The notes under the pieces: generated by a model
The model's input: only the letters and a program-made list of their open reading frames with translations
What the model was told of the DNA's origin: nothing
Database searches by the model: none
Translations under genes and position numbers: made by a program
Part shown: one piece after another, positions 28,244-39,897 of the stretch
Position numbering within the stretch: the first letter of the stretch is position 1
Layout of the letters: every line of letters begins with the position of its first letter
NCBI GenBank assembly: GCA_963804645.1
Contig: CAWDRG010000015.1
Location: forward strand, 32,001-96,000
Source of the DNA: an uncultured Bacillota bacterium
GTDB taxonomy: Bacteria > Sysuimicrobiota > Sysuimicrobiia > Sysuimicrobiales > Segetimicrobiaceae
Length of the DNA stretch: 64,000 nt
Direction: 5' to 3'

Positions 28244-29089
28244 ATGATCGGGTCACGCCGTCTTGTCCCCGTCAGTCTATTGCTCGCGACGACGCTTGCG
28301 GTCGTTCCGATGCTCCTTCCGGGTGGCCTGCTTGGCGGCGGTGCGCCCGTGGCGTCCGCGGTGTCCGCGCGGCCGGTGCGGACGTCCCCGCGTGTGTCGC
28401 TGTTCGTGCATCTCAGGCGCGTGACGCTGCCGCCTGCTCCGGCGCGCGCCGCTCGGCCCGTTCCCCCGGCGCGTCCGGCGACCGCCGCGCATACCGTCGT
28501 CGAGGGCGACACGCTGTGGGAGTTGGCAAGCGCCGCCCGGCTGTCGGTCGCGCAGCTTGCCGCCGCCAACGGGCTGTCGGAGGACGCCACGCTTCGGCTC
28601 GGCCAGGTGCTTCGGGTGCCCGCGCCCGGCGCGGCGCCCGTGGTGGCGCGCGTCCCTGCGTCGGCTCCGGCACCGAGCGCGCCCCGACAGGCGCTGGCCG
28701 CGCCGGTGCAGCTGCGGTGGCCCGCGTCCGGCATGATCACGTCGCGGTTCGGGTGGCGGATCCAGCCGATCTTCCGCCGGCCCGAGTTCCACACGGGCCT
28801 CGACATCGCGACGCGCTGGGGATCGCCGGTGCTGGCGGCGCGGGACGGCGTGGTGCGGTTCGTCGGCTGGCAGTCAGGCTACGGGCAGATGGTCATCGTG
28901 GAGCACGGCGGCGGCCTTGAGACGTCCTACTCCCATCTGTCCTCCGCGGCGGTGCGGCCCGGCGAGCCGGTTGAGGCGGGACAGTTGCTCGGGCGGATCG
29001 GCAACACGGGATGGAGCACCGGTCCGCATCTCCTCTTCGAAGTCCGCTGGCACGGCGTGCCGGTGGATCCTACGAGATATCTCAACTAG
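28244..29089 (+). CDS. LysM + M23 (LytM) domain protein, possibly degenerate
   Basis: LysM HTVVEGDTLW..LAAANGL..LRLGQVLRVP; M23 HTGLD, GYG, YSHLS, GPHLLFEVR. Confidence 0.9.
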   Translation: MIGSRRLVPVSLLLATTLAVVPMLLPGGLLGGGAPVASAVSARPVRTSPRVSLFVHLRRVTLPPAPARAARPVPPARPATAAHTVVEGDTLWELASAARLSVAQLAAANGLSEDATLRLGQVLRVPAPGAAPVVARVPASAPAPSAPRQALAAPVQLRWPASGMITSRFGWRIQPIFRRPEFHTGLDIATRWGSPVLAARDGVVRFVGWQSGYGQMVIVEHGGGLETSYSHLSSAAVRPGEPVEAGQLLGRIGNTGWSTGPHLLFEVRWHGVPVDPTRYLN

Positions 29090-29179
29090 CGCACCCCTTC
29101 CTGGACGACGGCCCTTCGCACCCCGCGGCTCGTGGTGCGCGCGGCCGCGGCGGTGCGCCGTCCGGATCCCGCGTCGATC

Positions 29180-30151
29180 GTGAGGGAGGCGCCCGTGCTG
29201 GTCACCGGCGCGACCGGCATGGTCGGCGGCGCGATCGTGCGAGCGCTGCTGCGCCGTCAGCGCTCGGTGCGCGTGTTTGTCCGCGACGGGCGCCGGGCGG
29301 AGGCGCTGTTCGGTTCGGCCGTCGAGATCGCGGTCGGCGACCTGGCTGACGCGCAGAGCGTCAGCCGCGCCGCGGTTGGCGTGGGGGACGTCTACCACGT
29401 GGCGGGCGCGGTCGACGAGTGGCAGTGCCCCGCGCAGGTGATGTGGGAGACGAACGTTGCCGGGACGCGCCGGCTGCTGGCCGCGAGCGGCGGACGCTTC
29501 GTGTATACGAGCTCGGTCTCGGTGTACGGCGATCGACTTCCGCTCGCGGTGCGTGAGGACGCCCCGTTCAACCCCGCGGGCGTGTACGGGGAATCCAAGA
29601 TCGAAGCGGAGCGGGCGGTCCTCGACGCGGCGGCGGGCGGACGGGGGGCGATGATCGTCCGGCCCTGCATCGTGTACGGCCCGGGCGATCGGTACTTCGG
29701 GCCGCAGGCGTCCACGCTCGTGCGGCTCCCCGTGCTGCCGCTGCCGGACGGCGGCCGGCATCTCGTCGATCTCGTGCACGCGGACGATCTCGCCGAGGCC
29801 CAACTGCTCGTGATGGGGGAGGGCCGCCCCGGCGAGGCCTACAACGTGACCGACGGGGTGACGCACACCCTCCGCGATCTCATCGGGTGGATGGCGGAGG
29901 CGTCGGGCCGGGCCCCCTGGTGCCCGTCGATTCCGCGGTGGCTCGCGCTTGCGGCGCAGCCCGCGCTGCGCGAGGCCGGCCGGCTCGCCCGCGTCCCGCA
30001 GGTCGCGCGCCTGCGCCGCCACGATGTGTACGTGTTTTTCTCCGACTACAATTTCGAGATCGCGAAGATCCACGCGCTCGGGTACGCTCCGCGCATCGAG
30101 GCGCGCGTCGCAGTGCCGGCGGCGCTGCGCGCCGGGGCGCTGGGCGCATAG
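29180..30151 (+). CDS. NAD-dependent epimerase/dehydratase (extended SDR)
   Basis: VTGATGMVG, YTSS, YGESK, RPCIVYGPG; start uncertain (29132/29180/29195). Confidence 0.88.
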   Translation: MREAPVLVTGATGMVGGAIVRALLRRQRSVRVFVRDGRRAEALFGSAVEIAVGDLADAQSVSRAAVGVGDVYHVAGAVDEWQCPAQVMWETNVAGTRRLLAASGGRFVYTSSVSVYGDRLPLAVREDAPFNPAGVYGESKIEAERAVLDAAAGGRGAMIVRPCIVYGPGDRYFGPQASTLVRLPVLPLPDGGRHLVDLVHADDLAEAQLLVMGEGRPGEAYNVTDGVTHTLRDLIGWMAEASGRAPWCPSIPRWLALAAQPALREAGRLARVPQVARLRRHDVYVFFSDYNFEIAKIHALGYAPRIEARVAVPAALRAGALGA

Positions 30152-30168
30152 GGCGCGCGGCCGGGCGT

Positions 30169-30198
30169 TTGCGCGGGCAATTGCGCGTGTGTTATAAT
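30169..30198 (+). promoter_or_regulatory. promoter of rpmE
   Basis: TTGCGC-N18-TATAAT with TG extension (TGTTATAAT). Confidence 0.65.
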
Positions 30199-30263
30199 TT
30201 CGCCTGTTGCACAGATCGCCCCGCAGGTCCCTCTCTCTTAGCGGGCAGTCGAGGTGGGTTCCC

Positions 30264-30467
30264 ATGAAGAAAGGCATTCATCCGCAGTATCGTCAAACCA
30301 CGGTGACGTGCGCGTGCGGCGAAACGTTCACGACCGGGTCGACGCGCGAGAACATCCGGGTCGAGATCTGCTCGAAGTGCCACCCGTTCTACACCGGCAC
30401 GCGGAAGTTTGTGGACTCCGAAGGGCGCGTCCAGAAGTTTGCGAAGAAGTATGGGCTGCAGCTGTAG
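30264..30467 (+). CDS. rpmE: 50S ribosomal protein L31 (Zn-binding type)
   Basis: MKKGIHPQY, CxC..CxxC, HPFYTG, GRVQKF. Confidence 0.97.
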   Translation: MKKGIHPQYRQTTVTCACGETFTTGSTRENIRVEICSKCHPFYTGTRKFVDSEGRVQKFAKKYGLQL

Positions 30468-30504
30468 CGCGGCGGGCGTCGGGCGCGCGGACCGGTAGCG
30501 GACC

Positions 30505-31395
30505 GTGCGCCCAATGCCGTCCGTCGCGATCGGCGGCCAGGCGGTGCTCGAGGGGGTCATGATGCGATCCCCTCGATACGTTTCGGTCGCCGTGCGCGAT
30601 CCCTCGGGCGACCTGCTCGCGGTGACGCGGCCGTCCGACTCGCTGCTGCAGCGGTACCCCTGGTTGGGGGCGCCCGTGCTGCGCGGCATCGCGGCGCTGT
30701 ACGACGCGGTGATGCTGGGCGCCGACGCGATCGTGCTGTCGGCGAATGCGGCGGCGGAGGGCACGCCCCGCCGGCCCATGACGGGACGCGAGGCGGCGGT
30801 GACCCTCGCCGGCGGGCTCGGCGTGGCGGTCGTGCTGTTCTTCGTGATCCCGACGCTGGCGGCGCGCCTGGCCGTGGCCGTGCTGCCGTCCCCCCTCGCC
30901 CTCAACCTGGGGGAGGGGGGCCTCCGGATCGCGCTCGTCGTCGGGTACATCGCAGCGATCGGTCGCATCCCGGATCTCGCCCGCGTCTATCAGTATCACG
31001 GCGCGGAGCATAAGGCCGTCAACACGTTCGAGCAGGGGCTGCCGCTCGAGACCGGCTGGGTCCGGACGCGCAGCCGGTTCCATCCACGGTGCGGCACCAG
31101 CTTCGTGCTGATCGTCCTGCTCGTCTCCCTCATCGTGTTTGCGATGCTCGGCCGCCCGCCGCTCTGGATCGGCGTGGTCGAGCGGCTTCTGCTGCTGCCG
31201 GTCGTGGCGGGCGTCAGCTACGAGATTCTGCGGCTCACCGGACGGGCCGCGTTCGCGGGCTCGGCCGCGGCGCCCGGGATCTGGCTGCAGCGGCTGACGA
31301 CTCGGGAGCCCGACGACGCGCAGATCGAGGTGGCGATCCGGGCGCTGCGCGGGGTCGTCGCCGCGGAGGCGCGCGCCGGGGCGCCGATGCTATAA
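30505..31395 (+). CDS. DUF1385/YqhQ membrane protein
   Basis: IGGQAVLEGVMMR, YHGAEHK, HPRCGTSF, LQRLTTREP; alternative start at 30514. Confidence 0.9.
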   Translation: MRPMPSVAIGGQAVLEGVMMRSPRYVSVAVRDPSGDLLAVTRPSDSLLQRYPWLGAPVLRGIAALYDAVMLGADAIVLSANAAAEGTPRRPMTGREAAVTLAGGLGVAVVLFFVIPTLAARLAVAVLPSPLALNLGEGGLRIALVVGYIAAIGRIPDLARVYQYHGAEHKAVNTFEQGLPLETGWVRTRSRFHPRCGTSFVLIVLLVSLIVFAMLGRPPLWIGVVERLLLLPVVAGVSYEILRLTGRAAFAGSAAAPGIWLQRLTTREPDDAQIEVAIRALRGVVAAEARAGAPML

Positions 31396-31396
31396 T
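31388..31396 (+). promoter_or_regulatory. extended -10 promoter of prfA
   Basis: TGCTATAAT overlapping the DUF1385 stop codon. Confidence 0.6.
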
Positions 31397-31425
31397 CGAG
31401 GCACCATCCGGAGGAGGGTGGCGCG

Positions 31426-32508
31426 GTGCGTCCAGAGCTGCAGAACAAGCTGACGACGATGCAGGCGCGGTACGACGAGCTGACCGCTCGCCTCGCCGAT
31501 CCGTCGATTTTCGCGGATCCCGCCCAGGCCCAGCAGGTCGCGCGCGAGCACGCGTCCCTCCGCCAGGTGATGGGGGTCTCCGAGGAGCACCGGCGCGTCG
31601 CGCGCGAGGCCGACGAAGCCGCGGAGCTGGCGCGCGGCGAGCATGACGCGGAGCTGCGGGCGCTCGCCGAGACCGAGCGGCGCACGCTGCTCGAGCGCCA
31701 GGCCGAGCTCGAGCGGGAACTGGAGGAGCTCCTCGTGCCGCGCGATCCCCGGGACGACCGCAGCGTCATCATCGAGATCCGGGCCGGTACCGGCGGCGAC
31801 GAGGCGGCGCTGTTCGCGGGTGATCTGTTCCGCATGTACGCGCGGTACGCCGAACGGCACGGGTGGAAGTCCGAGGTCCTGTCCAGCAGCCCGACGGGAG
31901 TCGGCGGGTTCAAAGAGGTGGTCGTGGCCGTCGCCGGCCGCGGGGCGTACAGCCGGCTGAAATACGAGAGCGGCGTCCATCGCGTGCAGCGGGTGCCGGC
32001 GACGGAGGCAAGCGGGCGCATTCACACGTCCACCGCGACGGTCGCCGTGCTGCCCGAGGCCGAAGACGTGGACGTCGTTATCCGACCCGACGAGCTGCAG
32101 ATCGACACCTATCGCGCGGGCGGCGCCGGCGGCCAGAACGTCAACAAGGTGGAGACCGCGGTGCGGATCACCCATCTGCCGACCGGGGTCGTCATCGCGT
32201 GCCAGGATGAGCGCTCGCAGCACCAGAACCGCGAGAAGGCGATGCGCGTGCTGCGCGCCCACCTGCTGGAGCGGGCGATCGAGCAGCAGAACGCGGAGAT
32301 CGCCGAGGCCCGGCGCCGGCAGGTCGGCGGCGGCGAGCGCAGCGAGAAGATCCGGACGTACAACTTTCCCCAAGATCGCGTGACCGACCACCGCATCGGC
32401 AAGACCGTGCACGATCTGCCCAGCGTGATGGACGGCGACCTCGACGAGCTGCTCGACGCGCTCGCGGCATCCGATCGGCTGGAGAGCCTCACGTCTCTCG
32501 GCGTGTGA
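31426..32508 (+). CDS. prfA: peptide chain release factor 1
   Basis: [23 protein letters not shown] (PxT), GGQ, RTYNFPQ. Confidence 0.97.
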   Translation: MRPELQNKLTTMQARYDELTARLADPSIFADPAQAQQVAREHASLRQVMGVSEEHRRVAREADEAAELARGEHDAELRALAETERRTLLERQAELERELEELLVPRDPRDDRSVIIEIRAGTGGDEAALFAGDLFRMYARYAERHGWKSEVLSSSPTGVGGFKEVVVAVAGRGAYSRLKYESGVHRVQRVPATEASGRIHTSTATVAVLPEAEDVDVVIRPDELQIDTYRAGGAGGQNVNKVETAVRITHLPTGVVIACQDERSQHQNREKAMRVLRAHLLERAIEQQNAEIAEARRRQVGGGERSEKIRTYNFPQDRVTDHRIGKTVHDLPSVMDGDLDELLDALAASDRLESLTSLGV

Positions 32509-33455
32509 GCGTCGGCCGGCCGGATCGTCCGCTGCGCGCAGGCCCCGCCGACACCGCGCTGCCGACGCGCCAGGACGCGTGGGCGTGGGGTGAGGAACAG
32601 CTGCGTCGGGCCGGGCTTCCCGACGCCGAGGTGCGGCTGGAGGCGGAGGTGCTGCTGCGGGGCGCCGCGGCGATCAGCCGCGAGGAGCTGCTGATCCGGC
32701 CCGACGCGCCGCTCGGCGCCGGTGCGGCCGAACAGTACGCCCGCTGGATCGCGCGGCGCGCGGAGGGGTGTCCCACCGCCTACCTCGTGGGCCGCCGCGA
32801 GTTCTTCGGGATCGAGTTCGCGGTGGACGACCGCGTGTTGATCCCGCGGCCCGAGACCGAGCGGCTGGTCGAAGCGGTGTGCGAGACGCTGCGCGGGCAG
32901 CCGGCGCCGCTGATCGCGGACATCGGGACGGGCAGCGGGGCGATCGCGATCGCGCTGGCGCGGTCGCTGCCCGGACTGCGGGCCGTGGCCACGGACATCT
33001 CGGCCGGAGCGCTGGCGGTGGCCAGGCGGAACGCGCGGCGCGCCGGCGTAGATGCGCGCGTCACGTGGCGGGAAGGCGCGGGGACTGCGGCGCTGGCGGG
33101 GGTCGTCCCTGACCGCGCGCTCGATGCGCTGGTGTCCAATCCGCCGTACATCCCGAGCGCCGGGGTGGCGGATCTCCCGATCGAGGTGCGGGCGTACGAG
33201 CCCGCAGACGCGCTGGACGGCGGCCCCGACGGGCTCCGAGTCCACCGCGAGGTGATCGCCGGGGCGCGCTACCTCCGCCCCGGCGGCGTGCTCGCGCTCG
33301 AAGTCTCCGCGCTGGGCGGCCAGGCGCGCGAGGTGGCGGCCCTGATCGCCGCCGCGGGGCACTATGGAACAGCCTCTATCATCTGCGACTACGCCGGGAT
33401 GGAACGCGTCGTCCTGGCGGTGAGGAGCGGCGACGGTGCAGATCATCGGGATTGA
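32505..33455 (+). CDS. prmC: release factor glutamine methyltransferase
   Basis: [20 protein letters not shown]; follows prfA. Confidence 0.95.
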   Translation: MSVGRPDRPLRAGPADTALPTRQDAWAWGEEQLRRAGLPDAEVRLEAEVLLRGAAAISREELLIRPDAPLGAGAAEQYARWIARRAEGCPTAYLVGRREFFGIEFAVDDRVLIPRPETERLVEAVCETLRGQPAPLIADIGTGSGAIAIALARSLPGLRAVATDISAGALAVARRNARRAGVDARVTWREGAGTAALAGVVPDRALDALVSNPPYIPSAGVADLPIEVRAYEPADALDGGPDGLRVHREVIAGARYLRPGGVLALEVSALGGQAREVAALIAAAGHYGTASIICDYAGMERVVLAVRSGDGADHRD

Positions 33456-34074
33456 TCCGGAGAGTGCGGACGTGCCCCTGCGGGCGGTTCGGGTGCTGCT
33501 CTCCGGCGGCGTCGTCGCGTTTCCCACGGATACGTACTACGCATTGGGGGCCGTCGTGTGGAACAGTGAGGCGGTCGCGCGGGTCGTCGCGGCGAAGCGG
33601 CGCCCCGCGGGCGATCCGCTGTCCGCGCTGGTCGCCGATCGCGACCAGTGGCGGGCGGTCGCCGCGAGCCTGCCGGACGGGGCGCTCAGACTGGCGGACC
33701 GCTTCTGGCCCGGTGCGCTGACGATCGTGTGCCCCGCCGCGCCCCACCTGCCGCCCGCGCTGACCGGCGGCGGCGGCACGATCGGCGCCCGCCAGCCGCG
33801 GTCGGCCGCGGCGATGGCCCTGTGCCGCGCGGTGGGGGCGCCCCTCACCGGCACCAGCGCGAACACACACGGCCGTCCGGCACCCATCACTGCGGTGGAA
33901 GTGGCACTCGACCTCGGGTCCGCCGTCGATCTGATCCTCGACGGCGGCCGGTGCCCGGTGGCGCAGCCGTCGACCGTGGTGGATCTTACCGAGACGCCGT
34001 TCCGCATCGTCCGTGCGGGCGTCGTGAGCGCGGACGCCATTCGCGAGGCACTTGACGCGGTCGCCGCGGGCTAG
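33436..34074 (+). CDS. tsaC: threonylcarbamoyl-AMP synthase (YrdC domain only)
   Basis: FPTDTYYAL, KRRP, FWPGALT, TSAN, PSTVVD. Confidence 0.92.
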   Translation: MQIIGIDPESADVPLRAVRVLLSGGVVAFPTDTYYALGAVVWNSEAVARVVAAKRRPAGDPLSALVADRDQWRAVAASLPDGALRLADRFWPGALTIVCPAAPHLPPALTGGGGTIGARQPRSAAAMALCRAVGAPLTGTSANTHGRPAPITAVEVALDLGSAVDLILDGGRCPVAQPSTVVDLTETPFRIVRAGVVSADAIREALDAVAAG

Positions 34075-34082
34075 GGGAAGCA

Positions 34083-34104
34083 CGCGGGAGGGTTCCCTCC
34101 CGCG
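34083..34104. repeat. perfect 10-bp inverted repeat between tsaC and glyA
   Basis: CGCGGGAGGG-TT-CCCTCCCGCG. Confidence 0.6.
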
Positions 34105-34158
34105 GCGGGGAAGTCGGGCACGGGCACCGCGATCGGGCCCGCGGTTCTTGAAGGAGGC

Positions 34159-35421
<1,263 letters not shown>

Positions 35422-35455
35422 GCGTCGACGTCGGACCGGGACCAGGGAGCCGCGC

Positions 35456-36085
35456 GTGAGCCAGGTGCGAGTGCTCGATCATCCGCTGATTCAGCACAAG
35501 GTGACGTTGCTCCGGGACACGCGCACCGGGCACAAGGAGTTTCGCGAGCTCGTCGAAGAGCTCGCCATGCTGATGGCGTTTGAGGTGACCAGCGACCTGC
35601 CGCTGCGCCTCGTCGAGGTGCAGACCCCGCTCGGCGTGGCGCGGGGCGCGACGGTCGCCGGCCAGGAACCCGCGATCGTCCCGATTTTGCGCGCCGGTCT
35701 CGCGATGGAAGCCGGCGTGCTGCGGTTGATGCCGACCGCCCCCGTCGGCCACGTCGGGATCTACCGCGACCCCGAGACGCTGACGCCGCACACATACTAC
35801 TGCAAGCTGCCCGCGGACATTGCCTCGCGCCAGGCCCTCGTCGTCGACCCGATGCTGGCGACCGGCGGATCGGCAGCGGAGTCGATCACGCTGCTCCGGC
35901 AGCGTGGGGCGCAGACGATCCGGCTGATGGTGTTGATCGCGGCCCCGGAAGGGCTGCGCCGCGTGACGGAGGCCCATCCCGACGTCGACATCTACGCCGC
36001 GGCGGTCGACGATCATCTCAACGACCACGGATACATCATCCCCGGTCTCGGCGACGCGGGAGACCGGTTGTACGGGACACGGTGA
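35456..36085 (+). CDS. upp: uracil phosphoribosyltransferase
   Basis: [40 protein letters not shown]. Confidence 0.97.
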   Translation: MSQVRVLDHPLIQHKVTLLRDTRTGHKEFRELVEELAMLMAFEVTSDLPLRLVEVQTPLGVARGATVAGQEPAIVPILRAGLAMEAGVLRLMPTAPVGHVGIYRDPETLTPHTYYCKLPADIASRQALVVDPMLATGGSAAESITLLRQRGAQTIRLMVLIAAPEGLRRVTEAHPDVDIYAAAVDDHLNDHGYIIPGLGDAGDRLYGTR

Positions 36086-36139
36086 GGCGCGCCGCCGCGG
36101 TGGCGCGCCTCACCGCGTCCGTACTCGAGAGGAGCCCCG

Positions 36140-36619
36140 ATGCCCCCCCGCCCTTCGTGGGATGAGTACTTCATGAGCCTGGCCCACCTTGCCGCCACGC
36201 GGTCCACGTGCGTGCGCCGGCGGGTCGGGGCGGTGATCGTCAAGGACCGGATGGTGCTGAGCACCGGGTACAACGATACCCCGCGGGGCATGACGAACTG
36301 CGGGGAGGGCGGCTGCGAGCGGTGCCGGTCCGGCGCCGCGCCCGGGACCGCGCTCGATACGTGCCTGTGCCTCCACGCGGAGCAGAACGCGATCGTGCAG
36401 GCCGCGTACCACGGGGTCGGGATTGCCGGGGGGATGATCTACTCGACGCACCAGCCGTGCCTGACCTGCGCGAAGATGATCGTCAACGGCGGGCTCGTGC
36501 GGATCGTGTACGACGCGCCGTATCCGGATGCGGTCGCCGAACGGATGCTGCGCGACGCGGCGGTGGAGTTGGTGCGCTTCCCCGGCGGGTCGGTGCCGCA
36601 GGCGGCGCCCGGGGGGTAG
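36140..36619 (+). CDS. dCMP deaminase (ComEB family)
   Basis: RPSWDEYFM, RSTC, GYN, HAEQNA, PCLTC. Confidence 0.93.
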   Translation: MPPRPSWDEYFMSLAHLAATRSTCVRRRVGAVIVKDRMVLSTGYNDTPRGMTNCGEGGCERCRSGAAPGTALDTCLCLHAEQNAIVQAAYHGVGIAGGMIYSTHQPCLTCAKMIVNGGLVRIVYDAPYPDAVAERMLRDAAVELVRFPGGSVPQAAPGG

Positions 36620-36681
36620 GCGGCGCGTCTCCCACCGGGACGGTTCGGCGGTGGGTGACGTTGACGGTGAGCGCGCATCGC

Positions 36682-36800
36682 GTGGATACCCTCACGCTCT
36701 TCGGTCTGTTTGCCGTCACGGCCATGCTCGTGACCTACACGCTGGAGCAACGGTGGGTGGGTCGAGGCCGTCTGGGCCATCGTGGCGGTGCGCCGATTGG
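36682..36800 (+). pseudogene. internally deleted small membrane protein gene
   Basis: VDTLTLFGLFAVTAMLVTYTLEQR followed at 36761, in another frame, by VEAVWAIVAVRR. Confidence 0.6.
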
Positions 36801-36847
36801 GGCACCAGCGAGATCCGGGGTCGCGCGCGACCGGCGGTCCCGGCCGG

Positions 36848-36877
36848 TTGTATGCCCCCGCGCGCGGGTGTTATAAT
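36848..36877 (+). promoter_or_regulatory. promoter of rplY-pth
   Basis: TTGTAT-N18-TATAAT with TG extension. Confidence 0.7.
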
Positions 36878-36963
36878 GGGCCGTCGTACGGGACCGACTG
36901 TGCGCGAGCACGTGTTCGATCGGCCGCGCCGAGCGCCGGCGCCATCTGGGAGGTCGTGACATC

Positions 36964-37671
36964 ATGGAACGGATCAGCCTGAGCGCGGTCACGCGCTCGG
37001 CCGTGGGCAAGAACGCGGTGAAGAAGGTCCGGCAGGAGGGATTCGTGCCCGCGATTCTATACGGGCGGGCGCGGGATCCGCTCGCGCTCTCCGTCGGGCG
37101 CAAAGATCTCTTGGGCGCGCTCGCGAGCGGCCGCAACGTGCTCATCGATCTCACGATCGCGCGCGACGGCGGGAACCTCGCCGACACCGTGATGATCGCC
37201 GACGTGCAGCAGGACTACCTGCGCCGCGAGATCGTGCACGTGGACTTACATCAGATCAACCTCTCGGAACAGTTGGAGGTCGACGTGTCGGTCGTGCTGA
37301 TCGGGACGGCCGAAGGCGTCGCCTCGGGCGGCGGCATCTTGGAGCAGCACCGCCGCGAGGTGACCGTCCGGTGTCTCCCGACGCAGATCCCCGACCGGAT
37401 TACGGTCAGCGTGACGCCGCTCAACGTCGGCGACTCGCTGCACGTCAGGGATCTCGTCGTGGCGGAAGGCATCGAGATCCTGACGCCGCCCGAAGAAGTG
37501 CTCGCCGCCATCGTGGCGCCCAAGGAAGAAGAGGTCGAGACGCCGGCGGCAGCGGCGGAGGGCACCGCCGCGGCGGAGCCCGAGTTGGTGGGCCGCGCGG
37601 CCGCACCGGCGGAAGGCGAGGACAAAACCGAGGGGGCTGCCGCGAGCAAGTCCGCGAAGGCCGAGAAGTAA
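36964..37671 (+). CDS. rplY: 50S ribosomal protein L25 / Ctc
   Basis: VPAILYG, HVDL, C-terminal TL5 domain, acidic tail. Confidence 0.95.
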   Translation: MERISLSAVTRSAVGKNAVKKVRQEGFVPAILYGRARDPLALSVGRKDLLGALASGRNVLIDLTIARDGGNLADTVMIADVQQDYLRREIVHVDLHQINLSEQLEVDVSVVLIGTAEGVASGGGILEQHRREVTVRCLPTQIPDRITVSVTPLNVGDSLHVRDLVVAEGIEILTPPEEVLAAIVAPKEEEVETPAAAAEGTAAAEPELVGRAAAPAEGEDKTEGAAASKSAKAEK

Positions 37672-37719
37672 GCCGAGGTGCGGCGGTCGCGGCGTGAGGG
37701 TGACCGCGCGGGGTTCGCG

Positions 37720-37751
37720 ACGAAGGGCGTGGGACTGTCCGCGCCCTTCGT
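37720..37751 (+). terminator. hairpin between rplY and pth
   Basis: ACGAAGGGCG...CGCCCTTCGT followed by GCTTGT. Confidence 0.5.
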
Positions 37752-37760
37752 GCTTGTCTC

Positions 37761-38324
37761 ATGATCGTGGTCGTGGGGCTCGGCAACCCCGGGCGGCGGT
37801 ATCAGGGGACGCGGCACAACGTCGGGCAGGACGTGGTCGCCCGGCTGGCGGCATCGTGCGGCGTGCGGCTCGAAGAGGACGGGTGGGCCAGGGTCGGGCG
37901 GGCGAGGGTGGGAACGGCGACGATGGTGCTCGCGATCCCCGAAACGTACATGAATGTGAGCGGCCAGGCGGTGCGGGATCTGCTGCACCGGCGGCGCCGC
38001 CGGCCCGCCGATCTGCTGGTCGTCTCCGACGATCTGGATCTGCCGCTCGGCCGTCTGCGCCTGCGGCCGGGGAACGGCGCCGGGGGACACAACGGTCTCC
38101 GCTCGATCATCGCCGAGCTCGGGACCGGTGCATTTCCGCGCGTGCGGATCGGCATCGGCCGGCCGCCGCTGCGGACGGATGCGGCCGAGTTCGTACTGGA
38201 GCGCTTCGCCCCGGAGGAACGGCCCGTGATCGACGCAGCGGTCGCCGCCGCCGCGGAGGCGGTGGTGACGGTCGCCCGCGAGGGGCTTGAGGCGGCGATG
38301 AACCGGTTCAATCACAATGGCTGA
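37761..38324 (+). CDS. pth: peptidyl-tRNA hydrolase
   Basis: GLGNPG, TRHNVG, TYMNVSG, DDLDLP, GGHNGL, RIGIGRP. Confidence 0.96.
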   Translation: MIVVVGLGNPGRRYQGTRHNVGQDVVARLAASCGVRLEEDGWARVGRARVGTATMVLAIPETYMNVSGQAVRDLLHRRRRRPADLLVVSDDLDLPLGRLRLRPGNGAGGHNGLRSIIAELGTGAFPRVRIGIGRPPLRTDAAEFVLERFAPEERPVIDAAVAAAAEAVVTVAREGLEAAMNRFNHNG

Positions 38325-39897
38325 CGTCGCCGCGGCGCCGGCGCCGGCGCATGTCGCTCCCGAGCCGCATCTCCGCCGCGACGTGTCGGTGTGGGGCTCG
38401 TTCATGTGGGGGTTCGCGGACGTCGGGGCCGACATCTACGCGGCCCTTGGGATCGTCATCGCGGCGACGATGGGCGCCGCCCCGCTCGCGTTCGCCGCCG
38501 CGGGCCTCGTGTACGTCATGATCGGGCTCGCGTACACCGAACTCGCGTCGGCCTATCCGATGGCGGGCGGCGGGCAGTACTTCGTGAGCCGCGGGCTCGG
38601 GGATCTGGCCGGCTTTATCGCCGGTTCCGCGCTGCTGCTGGACTATACGATCGACATCGCACTGTTCGCCACGTTCTCCGCTGGCTACCTGAACTTCTTC
38701 TTTCCGGCCATCCAGCATTTCAAGATGACCCTGGGCCCGTTCGCGAACGTCAACCCGCTGTGGGCCGGAGAAACGGCGATCCTCATCGTCGGGCTCGCGT
38801 GGGTGAACCTGATCGGCGTGCGGGAGTCGTCGCTGCTGAACGAGGTCTTGGGGGCGTTCGGCCTCGTCGCCGAGGCCGGGCTCATCATCGTCGGGCTGAT
38901 CTTCGCCTGGAAGCCCGAGCTGCTGGTGCAGCAGTGGGTGCACCAGTTTCCCACGATCCATCAGTTCATGTACGGGTCGTCGCTGGCGATCATCTCCTAC
39001 GTCGGCCTGGAGTCGATCTCCCAGGCGGCGCAGGAGACGCGGCGCCCCGCGACCGTGATCCCGCGCACGTCAATCGGCCTGATCGGTAGCGTCTTTTTGT
39101 TTGCGGTGTTTTTCTCGATCACGGCCCTCGGGATTTTGCCGTGGCAGGCGTACGCGGCCGATGTGGGCGACTCGGTGGCGCTGTTCGGCAGCCGGCTGCC
39201 GTTCATCGGGGGGTTCGCGGGGCCGCTCGCCGCGATCCTCGGCGCCGTGGTTCTCTTGATCTCCGCCAACACCGGTGTCATGGGCTCGAGCCGGCTCGCG
39301 TACTCGATGAGCCGGCTCGGCCTCGCGTCCGAATGGCTGCGCGGGGTGCATCCCCGGTATCGCACCCCGACGCGCACGATCATCATCTTCTCGGGGATCG
39401 GGCTGCTCGAGGCGATGCTGGCCTTCCTGACGCCGAGCGCCGTCGACGCGCTCGCGAACATGTACGCGTTCGGGGCGACGCTCGGGTATACGCTCGTGTT
39501 CGTCGCGCTCATCGCGCTGCGGCTGCGGGACCCCTATACGCCCCGGCCGTACCGCGTCCCCGGCAACGTCCCATGGCGCTGGCGCGGGACGGTGGTGCAG
39601 GTGCCGCTCATCGGGGTCCTGGGGTTGATCGGGGTGCTGTTCACGCTGACCGAGGTTGTGCTGACCCACGCGATCGGCCGCATCGCGGGGCCGGCGTGGC
39701 TGATCGTCTGCTTCATCTATTACGTTGCCTACCGGCGCCGGCGGGGCCTGCCGGTCGCGGGCAGCGTGGACCATCACTGGGAGGCGCAGCAGCGCGCGAT
39801 CCTGAAGGACGCCGAGGAGCATGACCTCCTCGAGCAGTACGAGATCGCCCTGACGCAGCGCGACCGCGACCTGGCCAAGGAGCACGCGCGTGGGTGA
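38317..39897 (+). CDS. APC family permease
   Basis: about 12 TM helices; DVGADIY, YTELASAYP.AGG, YVGLES, SRLAYSMS, HPRYRTP. Confidence 0.9.
   Translation: MADVAAAPAPAHVAPEPHLRRDVSVWGSFMWGFADVGADIYAALGIVIAATMGAAPLAFAAAGLVYVMIGLAYTELASAYPMAGGGQYFVSRGLGDLAGFIAGSALLLDYTIDIALFATFSAGYLNFFFPAIQHFKMTLGPFANVNPLWAGETAILIVGLAWVNLIGVRESSLLNEVLGAFGLVAEAGLIIVGLIFAWKPELLVQQWVHQFPTIHQFMYGSSLAIISYVGLESISQAAQETRRPATVIPRTSIGLIGSVFLFAVFFSITALGILPWQAYAADVGDSVALFGSRLPFIGGFAGPLAAILGAVVLLISANTGVMGSSRLAYSMSRLGLASEWLRGVHPRYRTPTRTIIIFSGIGLLEAMLAFLTPSAVDALANMYAFGATLGYTLVFVALIALRLRDPYTPRPYRVPGNVPWRWRGTVVQVPLIGVLGLIGVLFTLTEVVLTHAIGRIAGPAWLIVCFIYYVAYRRRRGLPVAGSVDHHWEAQQRAILKDAEEHDLLEQYEIALTQRDRDLAKEHARG

Noticed and set aside
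34075..34158. ZMP/ZTP or glycine riboswitch upstream of glyA
   Set aside because: Only simple hairpins; the conserved aptamer motifs are absent and the space is short
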